51,769 nucleotides of DNA from Bacteroidia bacterium (lineage in GTDB: Bacteria > Bacteroidota > Bacteroidia > NS11-12g > UBA955), in the NCBI GenBank assembly GCA_044373665.1, contig JBIPNH010000006.1:1-51769 (forward strand), given 5' to 3'. The notes under the pieces are model-generated. The model ran no database searches and was not told where the DNA came from. It worked only from the letters and a program-made list of their open reading frames with translations. This document shows, one piece after another, positions 36,625-47,367 of this stretch. The translations under genes and the position numbers were made by a program. Position 1 is the first letter of the stretch, and each line of letters begins with the position of its first letter.

Positions 36625-37593
36625 ATGTCAATATTTGATATTTTTAAATCCAATAAAAAAGTGGAGGCTCAAACGCCTGAAATTTCGAAAGGACTTGAAA
36701 AAACGAAAGATAACTTTTTTACTAAACTCTCTAAAGCAGTTGCAGGAAAATCGACAGTTGATGCCTCCTTTCTAGATGAATTGGAGGAAATTTTGGTTTC
36801 AAGCGATGTCGGTATTACCACAACTGTAAAAATTATTGAAAGAATAGAATCCCGAGTTAAGCAAGATAAGTATTTAAATACCGCTGAGTTACACTCTATT
36901 TTAAGAGATGAAATTAATCTACTGTTAACCGAAAATAAAAAAACACCTGATTTTGACTTTACAATGAGTAATCAAGTAAAGCCATTCATACTAATGGTTG
37001 TAGGTGTTAATGGGGTTGGTAAAACAACAACAATTGGCAAAATGGCCAATCAGTTTGTGAAAAATGGTAACAAGGTTTTATTAGTAGCAGGAGATACCTT
37101 TAGAGCAGGTGCTGTGGATCAATTAGAAATATGGAGTCAGAGAGTTGGATGTGGTTTTTTTGCAAAAGGCATGAATACCGATCCTTCTGCAGTAGCATTT
37201 GAAGCGCTTCAAATGGCCAAAAATGAACAATTTGATGTTGTTATTGTTGATACCGCAGGAAGATTACATAATAAAGTTAATTTGATGAACGAGCTAAGCA
37301 AAATTAAAAGAGTAATGTCCAAAATATACGACTACGCTCCCAATGAAGTAATGCTCGTTTTGGATGCCTCTACCGGTCAAAATGCCTTTGAACAAGCCAA
37401 GCAGTTTACTGCCGCTACCGAAGTTAGTTCTCTTGCGCTTACCAAATTAGATGGCACTGCAAAAGGAGGGGTTGTTATTGGTATTAGCGACCAATTCAAA
37501 ATTCCTGTTAGAGTTATTGGCGTAGGTGAAGGAATTCAAGATATTCAGTTATTTAATGCCAAATCTTTTGTAGATTCTTTATTCGAAGTGTAA
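36625..37593 (+). CDS. ftsY: SRP receptor FtsY
   Basis: GVNGVGKTTT, DTFRAGA, DTAGR, TKLDGTAKGG. Confidence 0.97.
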   Translation: MSIFDIFKSNKKVEAQTPEISKGLEKTKDNFFTKLSKAVAGKSTVDASFLDELEEILVSSDVGITTTVKIIERIESRVKQDKYLNTAELHSILRDEINLLLTENKKTPDFDFTMSNQVKPFILMVVGVNGVGKTTTIGKMANQFVKNGNKVLLVAGDTFRAGAVDQLEIWSQRVGCGFFAKGMNTDPSAVAFEALQMAKNEQFDVVIVDTAGRLHNKVNLMNELSKIKRVMSKIYDYAPNEVMLVLDASTGQNAFEQAKQFTAATEVSSLALTKLDGTAKGGVVIGISDQFKIPVRVIGVGEGIQDIQLFNAKSFVDSLFEV

Positions 37594-37594
37594 A

Positions 37595-38911
37595 ATGAAA
37601 ACAAAATCTTTAAAGCAAAATAAAATAAATATTATTACACTTGGATGTAGTAAAAATTTGGTTGATAGTGAAGTGTTGTTAAGTCAACTTAAAGGCAATG
37701 ATATGGACGCCACTCACGAGTCTGAAAAAGATGATGCTAATATTATTGTCATCAATACTTGTGGATTTATAGACAATGCCAAACAAGAAAGTATAGACAC
37801 TATTCTTCAATATGTGGATGAAAAAGAAGCCGGAAGAATTGATAAACTGTATGTTACAGGTTGTTTGTCTCACCGATATAAAGACGAATTGGAAAATGAA
37901 ATTCCTCAAGTAGATGCCTATTTCGGTACTTTGGAATTGCCTAATTTGTTGAAAACACTAGGAGCTGACTATAAACACGAACTTATCGGTGAAAGACTCA
38001 CTACCACACCCCAACATTTTGCCTATTTAAAAATAAGCGAAGGTTGTAATAGACCTTGCTCGTTTTGTGCTATTCCTTTAATGAGAGGTAAACACGTTAG
38101 TAAATCAATAGAACAAATAGTAACCGAAGCTCAAAATTTAGCTAAGAACGGCACAAAAGAATTGATGTTGATTGCACAAGACAGCACTTATTATGGGATT
38201 GATTTGTATGGCGAAAGAAAGTTGAAAGAACTATTGGAAGCCTTGTCAGAAGTAGAAGGTATTGAGTGGATTCGTTTACACTATGCTTATCCATCACAGT
38301 TTCCTACCGAAATATTGCCGGTTATGGCCTCTAAGCAATCTATTTGTAAATATTTAGACATGCCCGTTCAGCATATTTCAGACAATGTTTTAAAACAAAT
38401 GCGCAGAGGGATAACTAAAAGAAAAACATACGAGGTCCTTAACGAAATTAAAGAAAAAGTACCCGGGATTTCATTGAGAACAACTTTATTGGTTGGACAC
38501 CCTGGTGAAACAGAAGCGGATTTTGAGGAGCTAAAACAGTTTGTGAAAGATTTTCAGTTTGACAGACTCGGTGTATTTACATACTCACACGAGGAAAATA
38601 CCCATGCCCATTCCTTCGAAGACGATGTGCCTGAACATATTAAAAAAACTAGAGCGGCTGAAATTATGGCCATTCAAGAAGAGATATCTCTCGAAAAAAA
38701 TAAACTTAAAATTGGAACTACTTTAAAGGTTTTATTTGATAGAAAAGAAGGTGAGTATTTTATTGGAAGAACAGAAGCAGACTCTCCTGAAGTGGATAAT
38801 GAAGTTTTAGTTGAAGCGAAAAACCAATATGTAAAAATTGGAGATTTCGCTAATGTACTAATCACCTCAGCAGAATCATTTGACTTAATGGGTACTGTTG
38901 TTAATTCATAG
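37595..38911 (+). CDS. rimO: Ribosomal protein S12 methylthiotransferase
   Basis: LGCSKNLVDSE, NTCGFI, radical SAM motif CNRPCSFC, and TRAM-region DSPEVD. Confidence 0.96.
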   Translation: MKTKSLKQNKINIITLGCSKNLVDSEVLLSQLKGNDMDATHESEKDDANIIVINTCGFIDNAKQESIDTILQYVDEKEAGRIDKLYVTGCLSHRYKDELENEIPQVDAYFGTLELPNLLKTLGADYKHELIGERLTTTPQHFAYLKISEGCNRPCSFCAIPLMRGKHVSKSIEQIVTEAQNLAKNGTKELMLIAQDSTYYGIDLYGERKLKELLEALSEVEGIEWIRLHYAYPSQFPTEILPVMASKQSICKYLDMPVQHISDNVLKQMRRGITKRKTYEVLNEIKEKVPGISLRTTLLVGHPGETEADFEELKQFVKDFQFDRLGVFTYSHEENTHAHSFEDDVPEHIKKTRAAEIMAIQEEISLEKNKLKIGTTLKVLFDRKEGEYFIGRTEADSPEVDNEVLVEAKNQYVKIGDFANVLITSAESFDLMGTVVNS

Positions 38912-38915
38912 TGTC

Positions 38916-40502
38916 ATGACTTTTAATGCCAATCAACTACCATTTTTAAGTACAGCAACCAAAGCATTTATTGATAAGAACCCTGACCTAGTCAAGCTAT
39001 TTGAATCACAATCCTCTTTTTTTTCAGTCCACAATGCCTTAGCGCACAAAAAACAGTTCAAACAAGAAGACCGAAAAGTATTAGTTGAAGAATTAAAAAG
39101 TCAATACGAAAAACTTAAATTGAATTCAGTTGATAGTCAACAATTAGTTGCCAATATTGAACTCATACAATCACCCAATACATTCACTGTTACCACAGGT
39201 CAGCAATTACACCCCTTGCTTGGTCCCTTGTATGTGCTTTATAAAATTAATGATACCCTTCAATATGCAACATTGCTTAAGGAGGTTTATCCCGAATTGA
39301 CTTTTATTCCAGTTTTTTGGTTAGCCTCTGAAGACCACGATTTTGATGAAGTTAAAAATGTAAACTTGTTTGGTAAAACCTTTCAATGGAAATCGAACGA
39401 ATCAGGAGCCATTGGAAGATTTAGTCCCATTGGTGTAGTAACTTTAATTGAAGAAATACTTGAATCAGTTTCATTAAATGACGAGCAGAAAGGGCTTTTA
39501 AGTGATTGGAAAACATGTTATGCAGAATCCCAAACCATGTCAGAAGCAACAACCAAAATGGTTCATTCTGTTTTTGGATTCGACAAAGTGCTAGTGATAG
39601 ATGGTGATTCCAAAGGGCTTAAAAAACAGTTAATACCTGCTATCAAAAAAGACATTTTAAGTTCAAGTAATTATAAAGCTTTCAATCATTTTTCGGATAA
39701 ACTGAAAGAACAAAAATACTCACTTCAATTAGGTGCTAGAGAAATTAATTTTTTTTATCTCGATAATCAACTTCGCTCAAGAATTGTGAAAGAGGGGAGT
39801 CTTTATTCTGTTTTGGACACCGAATTAAAGTTTACTGAGTCAGAGCTAATAACATTGATTGAAACACAAACAGAAAAATTCAGCCCTAATGCTGTTTTAC
39901 GCCCATTGTATCAAGAAACCATATTGCCCAATGTGGCTTATGTTGGAGGCAACGCAGAAGTTAACTATTGGTTGCAGTTGAAAGAGATTTTTGATGAAAA
40001 CAAAACTGCAGCTCCAGAAATAAGATTGAGAACAAGTGTGTGGTTGCTTAATAATAAACAACAGAAGTTGCTAAATTCGTTGTCGTTCGACCCCATTCAT
40101 TTTTTTGAAATCAAAGAGAAGCAAGACTTCTTGAATTATTTAAGTGTTTCAAACACAATCTTCAAGGAATTGATTGGTGAATTTGAAGGATTAAAAGAAA
40201 AAATTCACGATGAAACGCGTAAAGCAGGCATCAATGAAATGTCCTCAATAGTGGAATTGGGCAAAGACTATTCAAAACTTTTAAAGAAAATCAATCAGCT
40301 TTATTTAGACAAATTAAGTATAGAATTGGAAGATAAACTCAATAAAATCAATGAATTGTTTGAAGGTAATTTTACCAAAGAGTCCTTACAAGAACGCAAA
40401 CAATTTGGTGCAGAATGGCTTCTAAAAAATTCCAATTTGATAGGCTTATTAACATTTAAGCCACAATTAGGCAAGCATTTAGCAGTAATCTTAAATAATT
40501 AA
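38916..40502 (+). CDS. bshC: Bacillithiol biosynthesis cysteine-adding enzyme BshC
   Basis: VTTGQQ...GPLY..YK, PVFWLASEDHDFDEV, FSPNAVLRPLYQE.ILP...YVGG.AE..YW.QL. The start was moved to ATG 38916. Confidence 0.9.
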   Translation: MTFNANQLPFLSTATKAFIDKNPDLVKLFESQSSFFSVHNALAHKKQFKQEDRKVLVEELKSQYEKLKLNSVDSQQLVANIELIQSPNTFTVTTGQQLHPLLGPLYVLYKINDTLQYATLLKEVYPELTFIPVFWLASEDHDFDEVKNVNLFGKTFQWKSNESGAIGRFSPIGVVTLIEEILESVSLNDEQKGLLSDWKTCYAESQTMSEATTKMVHSVFGFDKVLVIDGDSKGLKKQLIPAIKKDILSSSNYKAFNHFSDKLKEQKYSLQLGAREINFFYLDNQLRSRIVKEGSLYSVLDTELKFTESELITLIETQTEKFSPNAVLRPLYQETILPNVAYVGGNAEVNYWLQLKEIFDENKTAAPEIRLRTSVWLLNNKQQKLLNSLSFDPIHFFEIKEKQDFLNYLSVSNTIFKELIGEFEGLKEKIHDETRKAGINEMSSIVELGKDYSKLLKKINQLYLDKLSIELEDKLNKINELFEGNFTKESLQERKQFGAEWLLKNSNLIGLLTFKPQLGKHLAVILNN

Positions 40503-40607
40503 TCAGCTTGTAATCAAATAGTTGAGTCTATTTTTTAAATAGTAGATTATTTTAAGGTTAATTGTTTTGTTTTTTGTACTTAAATCTTATACCTTTGCCA
40601 ATTCAAA

Positions 40608-42116
40608 ATGAAAACCAAATTTGTAATGAATTTAAGAAAAACGTTAGTATTAGGATTTTGTTTGTTTGCAGCATCTTTGTTTGTAAACGCACAAGAAAAA
40701 GAGAAGATGGCAGATCATCCTTATGCCAAATCTAAATGGGCTGCTGGTAAAACAGCTGACTCAGGACAAGTTTTACAAGGTTCCTATTTCCAAGATAGAA
40801 GAGCCAAAAAATGGTCTGTAGGTTTAATGGGAGGTATTACAGCCTTACACGGTGATGCTGACAAAAAACAAATGGGATACAATTTTGCACCGTTTGTTAA
40901 GTATTCAATTTCACAAACATTTGCATTAAGAGGTGAATACAACTTTGCAATGTTAAGAGGTGAGCGTGATTATCAAAACCCAACTTTCTTTAAAGATAAT
41001 TTCAGATTTAGAACCAATACTCAAGATTGGAACATTCAAGCGCATTTCACTTTAGGAAATATTTCATTCCTAAGACCACTTAGAAAAACACAAATGTATT
41101 TATATGCAGGTATTGGACAAGGTTCATACAGAGCAAATGCATACTTTGTTGACCAACGTTTATTTACAGGTGACTACTACTTTACTACAAACTTAGGTAG
41201 AGGTACTGCAAATCCAAACTTAGGTAAAAACGTAACAGAATCATACGAAGGAAGACATTTAATTATTCCTTTGGGTGTTGGTTTCAAACATTACATCAGT
41301 AAAAGTTTTGACTTAGGTTTAGAATACCGTTACACTTACTTAAGATCTGATGATATCGATGTTTACAATACTGCAATTTGGGCTAACAGATGGTGGGATT
41401 CATACTCTTTCTTAAGAGCTAGTTTCGCATACAAATTTGGTTCTAAAAACGCACAACACTACGATTGGTTAAGTCCAGTTGAATCTATCTACGAACAAGT
41501 AGCTGATATTAAAAAGAAAACAGATTGTTTAGGTGTTGACGATGACAAAGACCACGTGTCTAACTGTTTCGACCAAGACAACACTACGCCTGATTCTTGT
41601 ATGGTATACGGAAACGGTATGGCTGTTGATAGCGATGCTGATGGTGTTCCAGATTGTCAAGATGCTGAACCATTCTCAGACAAAGGTGCTATTGTTGATG
41701 CAACAGGTGCTTCAGTTGACAGTGACGGTGACGGTATTGCTGACCACAGAGACAGAGAAAACAATTCTAGCCCAGGTGCATTAGTTGATGCTAATGGTAT
41801 CGAGATTAAAATGTGCTGCAGCTGTGAAGGTGCTACTTTCCCTCCAATCTCAATCTCTAGCAACTGCTTAACTAAAGAAGTTAAAAACATGTTGTATGCT
41901 GTTGCAGACAAAATGAGACAATGTCCTGAAAACAAATTAGTATTGAACGGTCCAGGTGGAAAAAGTTCTAAATACAACGCTGCTGGTAACACTCGTTGCA
42001 TGGAAGAAATCGTTAAATTCTTAAACGAGAAATTTGGTATCTCTAGAGACAGAATTATTACCAACTACAACGCTGGAACTGAATCTAAAAATACAATTGA
42101 ATTAATTATTAAATAA
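40608..42116 (+). CDS. OmpA-family outer-membrane protein with thrombospondin type 3-like repeats
   Basis: Signal peptide, beta-barrel N-domain, DSDADGVPDCQD and DSDGDGIADHRD repeats, and an OmpA-C-like tail (FGISRDRI). TACCTTTG box at 40590-40597. Confidence 0.8.
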   Translation: MKTKFVMNLRKTLVLGFCLFAASLFVNAQEKEKMADHPYAKSKWAAGKTADSGQVLQGSYFQDRRAKKWSVGLMGGITALHGDADKKQMGYNFAPFVKYSISQTFALRGEYNFAMLRGERDYQNPTFFKDNFRFRTNTQDWNIQAHFTLGNISFLRPLRKTQMYLYAGIGQGSYRANAYFVDQRLFTGDYYFTTNLGRGTANPNLGKNVTESYEGRHLIIPLGVGFKHYISKSFDLGLEYRYTYLRSDDIDVYNTAIWANRWWDSYSFLRASFAYKFGSKNAQHYDWLSPVESIYEQVADIKKKTDCLGVDDDKDHVSNCFDQDNTTPDSCMVYGNGMAVDSDADGVPDCQDAEPFSDKGAIVDATGASVDSDGDGIADHRDRENNSSPGALVDANGIEIKMCCSCEGATFPPISISSNCLTKEVKNMLYAVADKMRQCPENKLVLNGPGGKSSKYNAAGNTRCMEEIVKFLNEKFGISRDRIITNYNAGTESKNTIELIIK

Positions 42117-42133
42117 TTAATATAAAATATATG

Positions 42134-42167
42134 AAAAGCCTCAAGATTTTCTTGAGGCTTTTTTTTT
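42134..42167 (+). terminator. Intrinsic terminator
   Basis: AAAAGCCTCAAGA-TTT-TCTTGAGGCTTTTTTTTT. Confidence 0.88.
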
Positions 42168-42185
42168 AAATTTAAAATCGAAAAA

Positions 42186-43007
42186 ATGATGGAACAACTC
42201 AGAAAAATTATAGAACAAACTTGGGATAACAGAGAACTTTTAAAGACCGAAGAATCTCAAAAAGCTATTCTTCAATTAATAGAACTCCTTGACAAAGGCC
42301 AATTAAGAGTAGCTCAACCCATTGAAAACAACAAATGGCAAGTGAATGAATGGATAAAAAAAGGCGTAATACTGTATTTTCCTATTTCTGCCAATAAAAC
42401 TGAAAAAATGGGAGCTTATGAATTTTATGATAAAATTCCTTTAAAATCAGACTTTGAATCACAGTCGGTGCGTTCTGTTATGGGTGCAGTAGCTCGATAT
42501 GGTTCTTTTATTAATAAAGGTGTAATTCTAATGCCTAGTTTTGTCAATATTGGTGCATATGTAGACAGTGGAACCATGGTGGACACTTGGGCTACCGTAG
42601 GAAGCTGTGCGCAAATCGGTAAAAATGTACATTTAAGTGGTGGTGTTGGTATAGGTGGAGTTTTAGAGCCTGTTCAAGCTGCCCCAGTTATTATTGAAGA
42701 CGACTGTTTTATAGGTTCACGTTGTATTGTGGTGGAAGGAGCTCATATTGCCAAAGAAGCGGTTTTAGGCGCAGGTGTAACCATTACTCAATCAACCAAA
42801 ATAATTGATGTTACCACTCCCGAAAGAGTAACTTACCAAGGTTATGTGCCTGAAAGAAGTGTTGTAATCCCCGGAAGTTATGAAAAGGAGTTTCCTGCAG
42901 GTAAGTTTCATGTGCCTTGTGCTATTATTATAGGAAAAAGAAAACCAAGCACCGACCTTAAAACTTCATTGAATGACGCTCTAAGAGAACACAATGTAGC
43001 AGTTTAA
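42186..43007 (+). CDS. dapD: Tetrahydrodipicolinate N-succinyltransferase
   Basis: WQVNEWIKK, LMPSFVNIGAYVD.GTMVDTWATVGSCAQIG, GGVLEP.QA.P. Confidence 0.96.
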   Translation: MMEQLRKIIEQTWDNRELLKTEESQKAILQLIELLDKGQLRVAQPIENNKWQVNEWIKKGVILYFPISANKTEKMGAYEFYDKIPLKSDFESQSVRSVMGAVARYGSFINKGVILMPSFVNIGAYVDSGTMVDTWATVGSCAQIGKNVHLSGGVGIGGVLEPVQAAPVIIEDDCFIGSRCIVVEGAHIAKEAVLGAGVTITQSTKIIDVTTPERVTYQGYVPERSVVIPGSYEKEFPAGKFHVPCAIIIGKRKPSTDLKTSLNDALREHNVAV

Positions 43008-43012
43008 TTATT

Positions 43013-44089
43013 GTGAATATTGGATTTGATGCAAAACGTTTTTTCCATAATCAAACAGGATTAGGAAACTATAGCAGAGATTTAGTCAATGCTTTAGCCT
43101 CTTATTTTCCTGAGCACCACTATTTTTTATTTGATAAAAAAGGGGGACAAGAACTAAAATCCCCTCTTGAACTTGTTTTACCTTCTAGTTCCAATCAATC
43201 TTTTGTGTGGAGAGCCAAGCAAGTCTTGAAAGAAAAGGCTTTCCAAAACCTGGATGTTTTTCATGGTCTAAGCAATGAGTTGCCTTTTGGTAATTATCCA
43301 AGTCATGTCAAAAAAATTGCAACTATTCACGATGTGATTTTTAAATCCCATCCACAAAATTATTCATTTATTGACAGGTCAATATACCACATCAAAACAA
43401 AACATGCAGCAACTATTGCTGACACAGTTATTGCAACAAGTGAGTTTACTTCACAACAAATTCAATTGTATTATCCAGTTAAGTCAAGCAATATTAAGGT
43501 TGTCTATCAAGCTTGTAATGAAATATTTTACCAAGCAATTTCAGACACAGCGGTGCAAACATTTAAAGAGAAATACAGGCTCGACAATCCATTTTTTTTA
43601 TATGTTAGCAGTTTTAATCAACGCAAAAATCACCTATTTTTATTAAGAGCATTTAAAAAATACCCAAACCAAAATCATCATTTAGTTTTGGCAGGTTCCT
43701 TGGGCGATAGTTTCGAAGCGGTTAATCAGTTAATAGCTGACTTAGATTTATCGAAGCGTGTTACTATTTTGCCCAATATAAATCAACAAGAATTGCCGAT
43801 TTTGTATCAATCAGCTTCGTGGTTTGTTTATCCAAGTATTCAAGAAGGTTTTGGAATTCCATTGTTGGAGGCCATGACCTGTCATTTGCCAATTTTAGCT
43901 TCTAATATTCCTGTATTTAAAGAAATTGCAGCCAAAGAGGTGTTGTTCTTTGATTTACACAATGAAGAGCAACTATTAAAGCAATTAATAACGCTTAGTG
44001 AAATACATAAAATTAATTATTCGACTCACATACAGCAATATAGCAAAGAGTCTATAGCCAAACAATTAATGGCCATTTATCAAAGTTGA
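43013..44089 (+). CDS. Glycosyltransferase family 4 (GT-B)
   Basis: IGFDAKR...TGLGNYSR, TIHD, RKN, YPSIQEGFGIPLLEAM. Confidence 0.92.
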   Translation: MNIGFDAKRFFHNQTGLGNYSRDLVNALASYFPEHHYFLFDKKGGQELKSPLELVLPSSSNQSFVWRAKQVLKEKAFQNLDVFHGLSNELPFGNYPSHVKKIATIHDVIFKSHPQNYSFIDRSIYHIKTKHAATIADTVIATSEFTSQQIQLYYPVKSSNIKVVYQACNEIFYQAISDTAVQTFKEKYRLDNPFFLYVSSFNQRKNHLFLLRAFKKYPNQNHHLVLAGSLGDSFEAVNQLIADLDLSKRVTILPNINQQELPILYQSASWFVYPSIQEGFGIPLLEAMTCHLPILASNIPVFKEIAAKEVLFFDLHNEEQLLKQLITLSEIHKINYSTHIQQYSKESIAKQLMAIYQS

Positions 44090-44153
44090 AAAAATTGAGA
44101 TTTATCTTAATTTTTAGATTTATATTTGGCACAAATATTGACAAATAAAGTTT

Positions 44154-45212
44154 ATGAATATGATAAAATTAAGAGCTATTTTTGCAGCTTTAGTATTAAT
44201 GATGACATTAGAAGAATCAATTGCACAACAAGAAGACGGTTTATATGCCAAATTTACCGTAAGTAAAGGAACGTTTTTAGTTAAATTATTTCCAGATAAA
44301 GCCCCATTAACGGTATGTAATTTCGTTGGTTTGGCTGAAGGTAAAATAAAAAACTCAGCTAAAGCTGAAGGTGTTCCTTTTTATGATGGATTAAAATTTC
44401 ACAGAGTAATTAGCCAAGCCAACGGTGATGGTCAAGATTTTATGGTTCAAGGGGGCGATCCTCAAGGTACTGGTATGGGCGGTCCGGGTTATTCTTTTGC
44501 TGACGAATTTCACCCTAGTTTAAAACACGATGCTCCTGGTTATTTGTCTATGGCAAACTCAGGTCCTAATACCAACGGAAGTCAGTTCTTTGTAACAATA
44601 GTACCAACACCATGGTTAGACAATAAACACAGTATTTTTGGTAAAGTTATTGATGGTCAATCTATTGTTAATACAACAAGAACGAATGATGTATTAGTAA
44701 AAGTTGAAATCATCAGAAAAGGTGCAGTTGCTAAAAAATATGTTGCCAATCAAGTTGAGTTCGATAAACTTAAAGCAAGTGTTGTAGAAAGAAAAGCAGC
44801 TTTATTGAAAGCTGAAAAAGAAAAAAAAGACAAAGAATTCAGTGATTTAGTTTTAAAAACATATCCTACTGCAAATAAAACAAGCAGTGGTTTGTATTAT
44901 GTTGTTGAACAAGAAGGTACTGGTCCTCAAGCAATGGCAAAAGATACAGTTAGTGTTCATTATGTAGGTAAATTGATTGATGGTACTGAATTTGATAATT
45001 CATACAAACGCAATAATCCTATCACATTTGAACTAGGAGTTGGTAGAGTTATTCCAGGTTGGGACGAAGGGATTGCTTTAATGAGAGTGGGAGCAAAATA
45101 CAAATTGATAATTCCTTATCAATTAGGTTATGGAGATCGTGGTGCAGGTGGAGTAATTCCTCCATACGCAACTTTGATTTTTGATACAGAATTAGTAGAA
45201 GCTAAAAAGTAA
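44154..45212 (+). CDS. Peptidyl-prolyl isomerase, cyclophilin-FKBP fusion
   Basis: Cyclophilin motifs FHRVI, QGGDP and [15 protein letters not shown], plus FKBP motifs VHYVG.L.DGTEFD and [16 protein letters not shown] box at 44121-44128. Confidence 0.94.
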   Translation: MNMIKLRAIFAALVLMMTLEESIAQQEDGLYAKFTVSKGTFLVKLFPDKAPLTVCNFVGLAEGKIKNSAKAEGVPFYDGLKFHRVISQANGDGQDFMVQGGDPQGTGMGGPGYSFADEFHPSLKHDAPGYLSMANSGPNTNGSQFFVTIVPTPWLDNKHSIFGKVIDGQSIVNTTRTNDVLVKVEIIRKGAVAKKYVANQVEFDKLKASVVERKAALLKAEKEKKDKEFSDLVLKTYPTANKTSSGLYYVVEQEGTGPQAMAKDTVSVHYVGKLIDGTEFDNSYKRNNPITFELGVGRVIPGWDEGIALMRVGAKYKLIIPYQLGYGDRGAGGVIPPYATLIFDTELVEAKK

Positions 45213-45231
45213 TTTCAATAAATATTTAAAG

Positions 45232-45257
45232 AAACCGTCCAAAAGACGGTTTTTTTT
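45232..45257 (+). terminator. Intrinsic terminator
   Basis: AAACCGTC-CAAAA-GACGGTTTTTTTT between convergent genes. Confidence 0.75.
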
Positions 45258-46284
45258 ATGGCTTGTCTGTAATCTCGTAAGATAAGTTGGCACTTGCCCA
45301 AAAGGTAATTTTCTTGTCTTGTTCAAAGATGTAGAATGCTTTTAATTCAGGGTGTTGTTCACATAGCTTAATGGCTTCTTTTAATCCCATTACCATTGCC
45401 GCTGTTGCATATGCATCTGCTTCTGCTGCCGAAGGTGCTAATATAGTAGCGCTGAGCATTTCGTTGCGAGCAGGAAAACCAGAGACAGGGTCGATGCTAT
45501 GCCCGTACCTTTTGCCGTTCTTAAAAAAGAAATTTCGATAGTTACCACTTGTTGCCAAAGCATAATTCTTAAGCGGAATTGAACAAAATTCAATTTTTTT
45601 CTGTGAGTTAAGTACCGGTTTTTCTATTTTAATAGGCCAATAAGAATCATGTCCGTTGTTTCCTTTTGCCCTTATTTCACCACTAATGTTGATGTAGTAG
45701 TTTTTAAAGTGATAAACAGAATCAAAAAGTTGAGCAATAATATCCACGACATGACCTGCCGCTATACCATTAAAATTAACTTGTTGGTTTGCATTTGCTT
45801 TTTGAGGAATTTTGCCGTTAAAATCAACTAAAAAACCGTAGTTTAAATTTTTTAAACTGTCAACAATGCGTTGGTCTATCAACTCAGGATTTTGTTTGTT
45901 GTTGCCAAATCCCCAATAATTAATCAATGAGCCAATACCAGGATTAAAGCTGCCATTAGTTTGTTGGTATACATGGCGAGAAATACTGTCTAATGCTACG
46001 AAATAGTGTTTAGACTCGTTGTATGAAATAGAATCTTCAGAATTTAAGCTTTGGTTGTTATTGAACTTTGATACAATAGATTGACTGTCGTAAGTGCTAA
46101 CCAAGTAACTATAAAACCCTAGGATATAATCGATTTTTTCTTGAATATTGATGCTGCTGTCATAGGCAATTTCATAAGTTGAGCCCATGGTTTTGCCTTT
46201 CAATATCGTGTACTTGTCGACAGTTTTATGGTTTGAACAAGCCAATAAGAAAAGCAACGAAAAAATAAGTGTGCTTAGTTTCAT
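45256..46284 (-). CDS. apbE: FAD:protein FMN transferase (lipoprotein)
   Basis: Lipobox LLAC, GKTMGSTY, ALATSGNYR, HSIDP.SG.P, ADAYATA. Confidence 0.9.
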   Translation of the reverse strand: MKLSTLIFSLLFLLACSNHKTVDKYTILKGKTMGSTYEIAYDSSINIQEKIDYILGFYSYLVSTYDSQSIVSKFNNNQSLNSEDSISYNESKHYFVALDSISRHVYQQTNGSFNPGIGSLINYWGFGNNKQNPELIDQRIVDSLKNLNYGFLVDFNGKIPQKANANQQVNFNGIAAGHVVDIIAQLFDSVYHFKNYYINISGEIRAKGNNGHDSYWPIKIEKPVLNSQKKIEFCSIPLKNYALATSGNYRNFFFKNGKRYGHSIDPVSGFPARNEMLSATILAPSAAEADAYATAAMVMGLKEAIKLCEQHPELKAFYIFEQDKKITFWASANLSYEITDKP

Positions 46285-47309
46285 GGTTTAATTAAAAAAT
46301 CTCGGTTGGTTTTCATCACTTTCCCAAATACGTAGTCTTGAATTTGAACCACTTCTTTGTTGTTATTGTTGATGAAAGCGTAAAAATTTTCAATATCATA
46401 TTCCAAAGGATTGCCTTGACGGTCAAATTGAATATTGGTGTCCTCAAACATGCCTTTTTTATGAATTTTAAGTTGGGTTGTTTTACCCGCAGCTGTAAGT
46501 GATAAAGTCAAAAGGGGTGGCGTGTTGTAAATAGAGTCAATTTGTTTATCATTCAAGTTGATTGGAAAACCCTCGTAAGCCAAATTCTCCCACAACTTTA
46601 AATAAGATTTGAGTTTGTTTAAATTTACTACTTTATTATTTTCAAGTGCTTTACCATTTACAATAAGTTGAGGCTCTTGGCCTTTACTGTTTTTAATTTC
46701 AAAAGATTGGACTTCGTTTTGATGCCATTTTACTTGAATGTTTTCAATTTTTTCATCAGTAGCTGCAAAAACTGTTTTAGAACGCCACGCTTTGGCATCG
46801 GTATAAAAACGCGTATTCAAAAAGCCATTAAAACCAGGAATGTGACAAATATAAGGCTCTTTAGCTTTATCCATATAAAAGTAAGTGCCCATTTCATTAC
46901 TGGTATTGTTGCCTACATAAAACACTTTGCTCAACTCGTTGTTTTCGTATATCTCTACTTTTGTGCCGTTTAAAGCAATGTTTTTGATTACCTGATTCAA
47001 CTGTTTTTTAGAAACAGGTTTTTTTACTCTTACTTTTCTAAGCGTTTCCAACAAAATTTCAATTTGCGAAATGTTTCCAATGTGCTCATTGTTAATAAGC
47101 CATTCCTTAGCATTAACCTTGCTTAAGGTTACATATTCTTTAGAGAATTTATTGGTAATAAATATCTTATCTATTTTGTCAGTTGATTTAAAATCAAAAG
47201 CTTTCTCATTGTTGTTGAGGGTAGATACATTTTTGTTATTAAAAACAAAATAGACCACCGCAAGGGCAACAATGGTAACGATTAAAACAAGCGTTTTTTT
47301 ATTAAACAT
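46281..47309 (-). CDS. Membrane-anchored DUF4340-like protein
   Basis: N-terminal TM segment; FYVGNNT...GTY...PYICHIPGFNGFLNTRF...WRSK.VF; 4-bp overlap with apbE. Confidence 0.6.
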   Translation of the reverse strand: MFNKKTLVLIVTIVALAVVYFVFNNKNVSTLNNNEKAFDFKSTDKIDKIFITNKFSKEYVTLSKVNAKEWLINNEHIGNISQIEILLETLRKVRVKKPVSKKQLNQVIKNIALNGTKVEIYENNELSKVFYVGNNTSNEMGTYFYMDKAKEPYICHIPGFNGFLNTRFYTDAKAWRSKTVFAATDEKIENIQVKWHQNEVQSFEIKNSKGQEPQLIVNGKALENNKVVNLNKLKSYLKLWENLAYEGFPINLNDKQIDSIYNTPPLLTLSLTAAGKTTQLKIHKKGMFEDTNIQFDRQGNPLEYDIENFYAFINNNNKEVVQIQDYVFGKVMKTNRDFLIKP

Positions 47310-47367
47310 AATTGGGTGTAAAAAGAATAGTATTGTTTTGACAAAAAAGAATTGTCGTTAGCTGCAA

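Noticed and set aside
41533-42064. Alternative-frame and antisense ORFs inside the OmpA-family gene
   Set aside because: Explained by biased codon usage in the Asp/Gly repeat region.
43013-44089. GT4 gene as bshA
   Set aside because: Its N-terminus (IGFDAKR...TGLGNYSR) fits generic mannosyltransferase-like GT4s, and it lacks the CYPT.GGSG start typical of BshA.
44154-45212. Cyclophilin-FKBP fusion as a novelty
   Set aside because: This dual-family PPIase architecture is already known in Bacteroidota.
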